Source: an uncultured Burkholderiales bacterium (GTDB lineage: Bacteria > Bacteroidota > Bacteroidia > UBA8524). From it: DNA of 64,000 bases. Below are positions 38,199 to 46,558 of this stretch, in pieces. Below the pieces are notes generated by a model that was not told where the DNA came from, did not search any database, and was given only the letters and a program-made list of their open reading frames with translations. A program made the translations under genes and the position numbers. How positions within the stretch are numbered: position 1 is the first letter of the stretch; each line of letters begins with the position of its first letter. The stretch lies in contig CAZOZL010000002.1 of NCBI GenBank assembly GCA_964584305.1, positions 211,336 through 275,335 on the forward strand. The letters run 5' to 3'.

Positions 38199-39638
38199 TT
38201 ATCTTTTTAGTATGGTTTTGTAGTTCTTATGCAGCTTAAACCTAAATACAAAAAAGGTTAATATACATACTACTATTAGACTCCTTAAAAATATAGCATC
38301 TTTTTGAAGCATAAGGGATAGTGCTACTGTAATTGCAGCAACCAATATTGCTAAACCTATATTTTTAGCTTTAAAATATCTTAAAAATTCTTTACCCGAG
38401 TAAAAGTAGGCAGCAACAGCCCATGCTATAAAACCAAGACTGTTAGCCCATGTTATTGCATATATTCCTAAAGTATCTATAAACGTAATTGTAATAATTA
38501 AATTTACGATTACCCCTATTCCTGTAATTAGTGATATGAACTTAGTTTTCTTATTATAAAATATCTCAACCGTAAACAGCATATAAAACACTTGTCCAAT
38601 AAAGCCAATTGCTAGTATTGGCACCAAATCTGCCGATTGATGAAACCGTTCTGGTGTCATAATCGGAATAAGAGCAGGGAGTAAAATAAATACTGAAGAG
38701 AAAAGTACACTTGCTCCCAAAACAACCATTTGATAAATGTTTTTTATACTGCTCTCTTTCTCTTCTTTTCTTAATGAAAAATATACAGGGGAAAAAGCTC
38801 TGTTAAACATATTATAAAATATATCTAACGGTTGAATAAATCTTAGTGCCAAAGAAAAGATACCTAAAGCAGCAGTTGATTCCTTATAATTTAATATACC
38901 CTTTGAAAGTAAAGGTGCTGCTGCAGCAAAAGCGTGGTGTGGCAACAAACCTAAACCATATTTTAAAGATTCTTTAAGCATGCTAGGGTCAAAAGAACCA
39001 TTTACATACTTACGCAAATAGTATTGTGCTTGAAGAAAGAATAATAACGTAGTAATAAGTTGAGACATGAATAATCCCAGAACACCCATTTCAAAAACTA
39101 CAACAAAAAGAACTGCTAATAATATACCTAAAAACACATTAGATACATTTATAATAGCCATGTAGCTTGACTGTTCCTTACTCTGTATCAAACGTTTTTG
39201 TAAGTCACTATTTGCACTAAATGAAGAATTAATTAATACTATGAGTATAAAGGGAATAAACAGTACTCCTGGTAATATACTTTGTGAATAAAAGTAAAAA
39301 ATTACTCCGACTACAATAGCTAATACACTACTCGATACTAACAGTAACCTGTGAACTGTGGTAATATAATCTTTTAGCTTACCCTCATCATCCTTATAGT
39401 CGAAATAGAATCTATTTACTGAACCTGGAACGCCTAAACGCATAAAAATCACTAAGAAAACACTAAAAGAAGCACATAATTCTAGAACTCCATAATCTTC
39501 TGGCGATAAGTAGATGGTATATAAAGGTATCAGAAAGAAACCTATTATTTTGGCTATAACATTGGCTGCACCATAATTTAGTGTTCCCATTGCTAGCCTA
39601 TAAAAGGTGGATTTATGACTGATATCTTTTATTGCCAC
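38199..39638 (-). CDS. wzx: Wzx-type oligosaccharide flippase (MOP/PST family)
   Basis: 479 aa with about 12-14 TM helices and polysaccharide-biosynthesis-protein topology. Confidence 0.85.
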   Translation of the reverse strand: MAIKDISHKSTFYRLAMGTLNYGAANVIAKIIGFFLIPLYTIYLSPEDYGVLELCASFSVFLVIFMRLGVPGSVNRFYFDYKDDEGKLKDYITTVHRLLLVSSSVLAIVVGVIFYFYSQSILPGVLFIPFILIVLINSSFSANSDLQKRLIQSKEQSSYMAIINVSNVFLGILLAVLFVVVFEMGVLGLFMSQLITTLLFFLQAQYYLRKYVNGSFDPSMLKESLKYGLGLLPHHAFAAAAPLLSKGILNYKESTAALGIFSLALRFIQPLDIFYNMFNRAFSPVYFSLRKEEKESSIKNIYQMVVLGASVLFSSVFILLPALIPIMTPERFHQSADLVPILAIGFIGQVFYMLFTVEIFYNKKTKFISLITGIGVIVNLIITITFIDTLGIYAITWANSLGFIAWAVAAYFYSGKEFLRYFKAKNIGLAILVAAITVALSLMLQKDAIFLRSLIVVCILTFFVFRFKLHKNYKTILKR

Positions 39639-39645
39639 TTAGTTT

Positions 39646-40365
39646 TTAAGTTAATAAGGTTTTTTCATACAATATCTCTGCTAACTCAAAATCTATTATT
39701 TCATTTATATCCACTGATGTCTCGGGGGGCATTATATACCCTAAACTATCAGGACTAATAGCTGATTTTCTTTTTAATATACTTTCTTTTCTTGTAGCAT
39801 ATACGGCACAATTGCGCACATAAATATCGGGTAGCTCATGTGCAGCAAAACGACCGTCCTCTTCTTCCATTAGCGGCACTAATTCGTTTCCCTCCATTTT
39901 TTTCAACTTTATAGGATGTACCATATGGTCTACCTTTACTACGCTAACTGCTGACTCTTTATGAGGGTTGCTAAGTAATAACTCTATCGTATTATCAATA
40001 TCCGATGGGGTGCGTAGTGGTGAACTGGGTTGTAGTATAACTATAATATCATACTTGTATCCTTTTTGTTCTTCTAAAATATCTAATGTGTGTGTAACAT
40101 AGTCTATTGCAGGAGACTCATCATCTGATAATTCGACAGGACGTTTAAGGTTTATTATTTGAGGGTATTTTTCACCTATCGCCAATACTTCATCACTATC
40201 TGAACTCAAAACAATATCAGTTAACAACTTAGTCTCTAAACTCTGCTGAATAGCTATATCTACCAATGTTGTCTTTGCAAACGGACGAAAATTTTTGTGC
40301 TTCACCCTTTTTGAGCCCTCTCTTGCAGGAATAATAGCTACTATTTTAGGCATCTTGGTATTCAC
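39646..40365 (-). CDS. CMP-nonulosonic acid synthetase (acylneuraminate cytidylyltransferase family: NeuA/LegF/PseF)
   Basis: N-terminal IVAIIPAREGSKRVKHKN signature. Short form, without an esterase domain. Confidence 0.85.
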   Translation of the reverse strand: MNTKMPKIVAIIPAREGSKRVKHKNFRPFAKTTLVDIAIQQSLETKLLTDIVLSSDSDEVLAIGEKYPQIINLKRPVELSDDESPAIDYVTHTLDILEEQKGYKYDIIVILQPSSPLRTPSDIDNTIELLLSNPHKESAVSVVKVDHMVHPIKLKKMEGNELVPLMEEEDGRFAAHELPDIYVRNCAVYATRKESILKRKSAISPDSLGYIMPPETSVDINEIIDFELAEILYEKTLLT

Positions 40366-41308
40366 TTTGGAAGGCTTCTTTTAATTTCTCTAACAAAAAC
40401 AATTCTGTTTTTGTGAATGATTCGTAAGTGTTGCCGCCTATATGTGGGGTGATAATTAAATTATCGTTTTGTTTGGCATAGGCTATAAGCCTATTGTTTG
40501 CCGTGTTATATTCATCTTCAATAACATCTAATGCTGCCCCTGAAATAGTCTTATTTTTTAGTGCTATGGCTAATGCCTCACTATCAATTACTCCACCACG
40601 TGCTGTATTAATTAAGATAGCAGTAGGTTTCATCTTTTTTATTAAATCTGCATTAACCAAATGGTGTGTACTTTCTTTATACGCCACATGAATAGTTAGT
40701 ATATCAACGGTAGAAAAAAGTTTTTCAATTGTATCTACTTTTTTGCAAATAGAAGTATCAAACGTTTTTATATCATAGCCGTAAACATCAGCACCAAATG
40801 TTTTAAAGTAGCCAGCAGTTATAGTTCCTAATCTGCCTACACCTAATATGCCTACTTTTTTACCGTAAATTTCACTGCCTTTAAATAGGTCTCTATTCCA
40901 AACTCCTGCATTTACTGATGCAATAGCTTGTGGTACTTTACGCAACAATGAGAGTGTTAAGCCTAAAGTATGTTCAGCAGTTGCACGAACTGATTTTAAA
41001 AAATCAGTTTCTCCACGCAGTGAAAGCACTTGAATACCTCTTTTTTTACAGGCTTCTAAATCAATATGGTCTAAGCCTGTTACGGGACAAAGAATAAAAC
41101 GGGTTTTGGTTTCAATAGGGAAGTCTTTCTCCTCTATTCTATACTTTAAACGAAACCAAAATACATCGTATTTAGCCAATGCTTGTGTAAGTTTATCTTT
41201 CTCAATCTCTTCTAATGTAACATTACCTATAGCTTGTAGGCCTTTTACGGCTTCGGAGCTAAAGTTTAGTGTTTCTGCTACTAAAATATTTGGAGATGTG
41301 TTTCCCAA
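40346..41308 (-). CDS. D-isomer-specific 2-hydroxyacid dehydrogenase family (glycerate / phosphoglycerate dehydrogenase-like)
   Basis: NAD motif GILGVGRLG and the catalytic R/E/H region (NTARGG...ITPHIGG). Confidence 0.85.
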   Translation of the reverse strand: MGNTSPNILVAETLNFSSEAVKGLQAIGNVTLEEIEKDKLTQALAKYDVFWFRLKYRIEEKDFPIETKTRFILCPVTGLDHIDLEACKKRGIQVLSLRGETDFLKSVRATAEHTLGLTLSLLRKVPQAIASVNAGVWNRDLFKGSEIYGKKVGILGVGRLGTITAGYFKTFGADVYGYDIKTFDTSICKKVDTIEKLFSTVDILTIHVAYKESTHHLVNADLIKKMKPTAILINTARGGVIDSEALAIALKNKTISGAALDVIEDEYNTANNRLIAYAKQNDNLIITPHIGGNTYESFTKTELFLLEKLKEAFQSEYQDA

Positions 41309-41309
41309 C

Positions 41310-42467
41310 TTAATACATTAATATTTTTTCAATAGAAAGTGGTGCAGTGGCTAACAAGTCGGCAATTTTTTTACCCGCCGTGCCATCACCATAAATCTTA
41401 TCACTTTGGTAGTGCCCATTTTCTATTTGCTTTGATATAGCTTGCTTAATGGCCTCTTTATTATATCCAACATCAACAACATTTTTGCCTCGCTCTCTGC
41501 CTGCTTGCCTACCGCCTATATTTATAACGGGTATGCCTAAATAAGCACTTTCCCTAATACCAACACTAGAGTTCCCTACTAAGCACTTTGCATTTTTTAA
41601 TAGTTTTAAGAAATCTTCTGATTCCATATTTTTAAAGAAATGGAAGTTTGAAGTATCTCTTAATTCTCTAAACTCACGTATTCCTTTTGATGTTCCGTCT
41701 GATCCTGCATCCACATTAGGCCAAAACCACAAAGCAGGAATATTTAATTCTTGCACAGCAAAAAGCGTCTCTTCAATATGGTTGCGCGAAAGTTCATATT
41801 CAGTAGTTAAAGGATGTTGCATTACTACAATATATCCTTCACTCATATCAACTGTTTTTCCTGCCCCAACATATCTCTCGAAAGGGTCGAAATCAAGAAT
41901 AGGGTTTTGAAGTATCTTATCTGCTAAATCTATTGAAGGGCAACCTGTTAGAAATATTTTCTTGGGGTTTTCGCCCATTTTTATCAATCGCTCTTCTGCT
42001 TTTGGGGATGCCACAAAGTGTAAATCGGCAAGTTTGGTAATTGCATGGCGTACTTTCTCATCAATATTACCTGTTACTTCACCGCCTTGTACATGGGCAA
42101 GTGGAATATTCATGTATGATGCTGATATAGCCGTTGCCATAGTTTCAAAACGGTCTGCCACTGTTACTACAATATCTGGCGAAAGGTTATCAAAAACGGT
42201 TGAGAGTTCTAATATCCCAATACCTGTGGTTTTTGCTGCTGCGGTAAGGTTTTCGCCTTCAAGTACATTAAATACTTTGGCAGTAATTTCAAACCCATCT
42301 TCTTTTATAAAATTAATTGCTGAACCATAGCGGTCTAATAATGCTGATGCCGCTACTACTAATTGTAATTCTAAATCAGGATGATTTTGTATTTCCTTTA
42401 ATGCCGTTTTTATGCGACTATAACTGGGTCGGGCGGTTACAACTACACAAACTTTACGTTTCGCCAT
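41310..42467 (-). CDS. Hydrolysing UDP-N-acetylhexosamine 2-epimerase (NeuC/LegG-like)
   Basis: The VVVTARPSY...HVQGGE motif is typical of NeuC-type hydrolysing 2-epimerases. Confidence 0.8.
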   Translation of the reverse strand: MAKRKVCVVVTARPSYSRIKTALKEIQNHPDLELQLVVAASALLDRYGSAINFIKEDGFEITAKVFNVLEGENLTAAAKTTGIGILELSTVFDNLSPDIVVTVADRFETMATAISASYMNIPLAHVQGGEVTGNIDEKVRHAITKLADLHFVASPKAEERLIKMGENPKKIFLTGCPSIDLADKILQNPILDFDPFERYVGAGKTVDMSEGYIVVMQHPLTTEYELSRNHIEETLFAVQELNIPALWFWPNVDAGSDGTSKGIREFRELRDTSNFHFFKNMESEDFLKLLKNAKCLVGNSSVGIRESAYLGIPVINIGGRQAGRERGKNVVDVGYNKEAIKQAISKQIENGHYQSDKIYGDGTAGKKIADLLATAPLSIEKILMY

Positions 42468-43468
42468 TACTTAATATCGTTATCGGTTAAAAAGTCCCAC
42501 TTGTTTAAATCACGGAGCAAAACTTTGCCCAACACTTCCTTATATAAAGTGGTGCTTATGCCTTCTGTTGCAGGTTTCTTACTCTCCAAATCACTAAAGG
42601 TTAGGATATGCCCTTGAGGAAGGTTCTTATTTACTGCCAGCGATTTACCAAACATGGTTTTTAGCTGTGCATATTTCTCGTTATCGTTTTTGTTTACTGG
42701 GTTTTGCAGTGATGTATCAATATAGTTCACGCCTTCTCTTAGTTGTTTCAGTTGCTGTATTGTAAGTGATGAGGTAGCATCAGGACCAAACATTTTTTTA
42801 TCAAACACTGCATGAAACTCTATTAACTCGGCTCCTAAAGCTACTGCTGCCAAACTTGGATAGATTGTACCCGAATGGTCTGAAAGTCCTACTTTTAATC
42901 CATAACGCTGTTTCATTTCAGAAACAACATTTAACCCTGAGTTTTGCGCTTCGGTGGGGTATTGTGTAGTACATTGAAAAAGTACTATTTCATTTCCAAA
43001 ATCTTTTATAAAATCAACAGTGGCGTCTAATTCTTTATAATTACTCATACCAGAGGATAGTAAAATAGGTTTCCCTGTTTTGACTATTTTCTCTAACATC
43101 AAAAAATTAGTTACTTCTCCTGATCCTATTTTATACCGTTTTACCTTTAGTTTTTCTAATAAATCAACTGCTGCTAATGAAAATGGGGAAGCCATAAACT
43201 CTACTCCTTTTTCTTCGCAATGTTGTTTTATACCTGCCCATTGTTCGGCGGTAAATTCCATACGTTGCCAATAATTGTATCGGGTGGCATCTTCATAAGA
43301 AAAATTCACTCGAAACGGCTCTTTGGCACTACTTTCAGCTTCGGCTATATGTATTTGCCACTTTATAGTGTTTACATTGGCTTCTGCTAAAGCATCAATA
43401 TATGAGTGTGCTAAACCAAGGCTTCCATCGTGAGCTTGCCCTATTTCAGCTATTAATTCTACGTTCAA
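42467..43468 (-). CDS. Nonulosonic acid synthase (NeuB/LegI/PseI family) with a C-terminal SAF domain
   Basis: N-terminal IAEIGQAHDGSLGLA, a TIM-barrel NeuB domain, and a C-terminal antifreeze-like domain. Confidence 0.9.
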   Translation of the reverse strand: MNVELIAEIGQAHDGSLGLAHSYIDALAEANVNTIKWQIHIAEAESSAKEPFRVNFSYEDATRYNYWQRMEFTAEQWAGIKQHCEEKGVEFMASPFSLAAVDLLEKLKVKRYKIGSGEVTNFLMLEKIVKTGKPILLSSGMSNYKELDATVDFIKDFGNEIVLFQCTTQYPTEAQNSGLNVVSEMKQRYGLKVGLSDHSGTIYPSLAAVALGAELIEFHAVFDKKMFGPDATSSLTIQQLKQLREGVNYIDTSLQNPVNKNDNEKYAQLKTMFGKSLAVNKNLPQGHILTFSDLESKKPATEGISTTLYKEVLGKVLLRDLNKWDFLTDNDIK

Positions 43469-44526
43469 GAATTGGGTAGTTTATATCCGTAATAATCAAC
43501 AAACCAATCTACAAAATGCTTCACACCATCTTTTATATTAGTACCTGGCTTAAAGCCTATATACTCAAAAAGACTTTCTACGTTTGCGTAGGTTTTGGGA
43601 ACATCGCCCATTTGTAGTGGTTTCTTAATAATTTCTGCTTTTGTACCTATTACCTCCTCAATAGCTTCTACAAAACCCATAAGTAATACAGGGTTGTTGT
43701 TTCCAATATTAAAAATTTGATAGGGTGCAGAGCTTAGATGAGTGGGCAAATCATCGTTTGCCAACTCGGGTTTAGGATTAGGTGCTTTATCAATTAAACG
43801 CGATATACTCTCGGTTATATCATCTACAAAGGTGAAATCACGCATCATATCTCCGTGGTTAAATACTTGTATGGGTTTACCATCTAATATATTTTTGGTG
43901 AAGATATATAGTGCCATATCAGGACGACCCCAAGGACCATACACTGTGAAAAAACGCAAGCCTGTTGTTGGCAACCCGTATAAATGTGAATACACGTGCG
44001 CCATAAGCTCATTGCTTTTTTTAGATGCTGCGTATAAAGACATAGGGTGGTCAACATTTTGCTCAACCGAAAATGGGTTGCGTTTGTTTAGCCCGTACAC
44101 CGATGAGCTTGATGCATATATAAGGTGTTTTACCTTATTGTGCCTACAAGCCTCTAATATATTTAAATAGCCTTGTATATTACTATCTAAATATGCTTGA
44201 GGATGGGTTAGTGAATAACGAACGCCTGCCTGTGCAGCAAGATTAATCACTACGTCAAATTTTTCAGTTTCAAATAGCTTATAAAGATTTTCTTTATCAC
44301 CCATATTTAACTGGATAAAGAAACTATTTTTATCTCCTTCTATTAGGGTATTATACTCTATATTTTCTACAATAAATCCTTGATTACGAAGTCTATCTTG
44401 TTTGATTTTAACATCGTAATAATCGTTTATAGAGTCTAATCCATAGACAGCATTTTTGCCATTATTTAACTTTTTAGCTAAATGATGCCCTATAAAACCT
44501 GCTGTTCCTGTAATTAAAATTTTCAA
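43465..44526 (-). CDS. NAD-dependent nucleotide-sugar epimerase (UDP-glucuronate/UDP-GlcNAcA 4-epimerase-like, CapI/WbpP type)
   Basis: ILITGTAGFIGHHL and YAASK motifs, 353 aa. Confidence 0.8.
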   Translation of the reverse strand: MKILITGTAGFIGHHLAKKLNNGKNAVYGLDSINDYYDVKIKQDRLRNQGFIVENIEYNTLIEGDKNSFFIQLNMGDKENLYKLFETEKFDVVINLAAQAGVRYSLTHPQAYLDSNIQGYLNILEACRHNKVKHLIYASSSSVYGLNKRNPFSVEQNVDHPMSLYAASKKSNELMAHVYSHLYGLPTTGLRFFTVYGPWGRPDMALYIFTKNILDGKPIQVFNHGDMMRDFTFVDDITESISRLIDKAPNPKPELANDDLPTHLSSAPYQIFNIGNNNPVLLMGFVEAIEEVIGTKAEIIKKPLQMGDVPKTYANVESLFEYIGFKPGTNIKDGVKHFVDWFVDYYGYKLPNS

Positions 44527-44544
44527 AATGCTAACCGCTTTTTG

Positions 44545-45837
44545 TTAAAGTCTTCCGTCAACTTGATTTCTATCTAAAAAACCTTTCACATCGTATATCA
44601 CACTTGTATCACCAGTCAAGTCGTTCAAATCTAATGATGCAAACTCATTGTGAGATACTGCTAATATGACGGTGTCAAATTTTTTGTTTACCCCATCCAA
44701 TGTTTTAATCGTATCATATCCATACTCGCGTTTCACCTCTACAGGCTCTGCCCAAGGGTCGTATATAGTTACATTGGTATGATACTCGTTTAATTCTGAA
44801 ATAATATCTACTACTTTGGTGTTACGAACATCAGGGCAGTTTTCTTTAAAAGTAAAGCCTAATAACAATACATCAGCGTCTTTTACTTTAATGTCTTTCT
44901 TCAACATTAATTTAACGACCTCATTGGCCACATGAGCACCCATACCATCATTTAACCGGCGACCTGCTAATATAATTTCAGGGTGATACCCTGTTGTTTG
45001 TGCTTTTTGTGCTAAGTAATAAGGGTCAACGCCTATACAGTGTCCGCCAACTAAACCTGGTTTAAATTTTAAGAAATTCCATTTAGTTCCTGCGGCTTCT
45101 AATACATCGTTAGTATCTATACCCAAACGGTTAAATATTTTTGATAGTTCATTTACAAAAGCAATGTTAATATCACGTTGTGAATTTTCTATCACTTTTG
45201 CGGCTTCTGCTACTTTTAATGTTGGTGCAAGGTGCGTACCTGCTACAATTACCGATTTATATAAATCATCAACTACTTTACCAATTTCAGGCGTTGAGCC
45301 TGCAGTAACTTTTAATATTTTAGTTACCGTGTGTTCTTTATCACCTGGGTTAATACGTTCAGGCGAGTATCCGCAATAAAAGTCTTCATTAAACTTCATT
45401 CCTGATACACGTTCTAACACAGGCACACACTCTTCTTCTGTAGCACCTGGATATACTGTTGATTCATAGATTACTATATCGCCTTTGTTTAATACTTTAG
45501 CTACTGTTTCACTTGCCTTGTATAAAGGGGTTAAATCAGGATGGTTATAGCTATCTACAGGTGTGGGCACAGTAATTATATATATATTACTGTCAGCTAT
45601 ATCTTGTACATCATAACTAAACCTAATATTAGAACCTGGCTCACAGTCTTCACCATTTATTACTGATTTTAAATAGTCATTAGTAACTTCTAATGTAGCA
45701 TCATGCCCACTGCTTAACTCGCTAATTCTATTTTGATTTATATCAAACCCAACGGTTTGATATTTTTTACCAAACTCAACGGCTAATGGTAAACCCACAT
45801 AGCCAAGTCCAATTATTGAGATTTTATGCTTATTCAT
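44545..45837 (-). CDS. UDP-N-acetyl-D-glucosamine / mannosamine 6-dehydrogenase (WbpA/WecC/TviB family)
   Basis: [14 protein letters not shown] Rossmann motif and catalytic Cys in GGHCIGVDP. Confidence 0.9.
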   Translation of the reverse strand: MNKHKISIIGLGYVGLPLAVEFGKKYQTVGFDINQNRISELSSGHDATLEVTNDYLKSVINGEDCEPGSNIRFSYDVQDIADSNIYIITVPTPVDSYNHPDLTPLYKASETVAKVLNKGDIVIYESTVYPGATEEECVPVLERVSGMKFNEDFYCGYSPERINPGDKEHTVTKILKVTAGSTPEIGKVVDDLYKSVIVAGTHLAPTLKVAEAAKVIENSQRDINIAFVNELSKIFNRLGIDTNDVLEAAGTKWNFLKFKPGLVGGHCIGVDPYYLAQKAQTTGYHPEIILAGRRLNDGMGAHVANEVVKLMLKKDIKVKDADVLLLGFTFKENCPDVRNTKVVDIISELNEYHTNVTIYDPWAEPVEVKREYGYDTIKTLDGVNKKFDTVILAVSHNEFASLDLNDLTGDTSVIYDVKGFLDRNQVDGRL

Positions 45838-45840
45838 AAA

Positions 45841-46404
45841 TTACTTATTCCAGATTAGTAAATGATTTTTAGGTAATATTTGACTTTTCAATTTAGAAAA
45901 TTGCTCCGATGTATAAACTAAGTACCTCACTTTTTTATTGATAATTGCTTCCGCTTTTTCAATCAACTTCATTAAGTACTCTTTGCTAATATTGCCAATA
46001 ATTAATAGGTCTATTATTGGGCTATCTATTCCCTTGCCTAACTCTCCTACCAAATACACTCGCTCCAGTTCTCCTAAGTTTGATAATACTTGCCCTACTA
46101 TCCTGTCTAAGCCAGTGTATTTAAACACTATGCTATTAATATCAGGAAATAATGGATGAGATGTATTTGCTCTAAAAATTTTTTTGTTTCCTTGCGCTTG
46201 GCTTTTAAGTAATCCCGCATCTTCAAGTTTATTAAGTTCTAACCTAATGGCATTAGAACTCTCTCCAAACTCAGACTCTAAACCACGCAAATGGGCTTCG
46301 TTATCTTTGTTCAAGAAAAATTTTAATAAGAGTTTTACTCTTGTCTTTGAAGAGATTAGTGTGTCTAACACTTTAGTATTATTTACTATAAAAACAGGGA
46401 GCAC
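45841..46404 (-). CDS. Winged-helix (ArsR-like) DNA-binding protein with a C-terminal domain of uncertain fold; candidate locus regulator
   Basis: The N-terminal region (residues ~14-70) has an HTH pattern (KTRVKLLLKFFLNKDNEAHLRGLESEFGESSNAIRLELNKLEDAGLL). It sits between the wzc terminator and the nucleotide-sugar genes. Confidence 0.45.
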   Translation of the reverse strand: MLPVFIVNNTKVLDTLISSKTRVKLLLKFFLNKDNEAHLRGLESEFGESSNAIRLELNKLEDAGLLKSQAQGNKKIFRANTSHPLFPDINSIVFKYTGLDRIVGQVLSNLGELERVYLVGELGKGIDSPIIDLLIIGNISKEYLMKLIEKAEAIINKKVRYLVYTSEQFSKLKSQILPKNHLLIWNK

Positions 46405-46410
46405 TTACAC

Positions 46411-46447
46411 AGCTTCGCCACATCAGTCCCAAAAAAGAACCAATATT
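46411..46447 (-). terminator. Rho-independent terminator downstream of wzc
   Basis: Perfect 7-bp inverted repeat ttgagta-gaaaaag-tactcaa (46427-46447), followed on the minus strand by a T-tract (ttcttttttgg). Confidence 0.45.
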
Positions 46448-46558
46448 GAGTAGAAAAAGTACTCAAAGTTAACACTTTTTTTAATATTTTAAACCTTATT
46501 TTACAGATTACTGGCTTCAATCAGCAACTGCTTGAAACCAACAAGTAAGTATTTAGTC

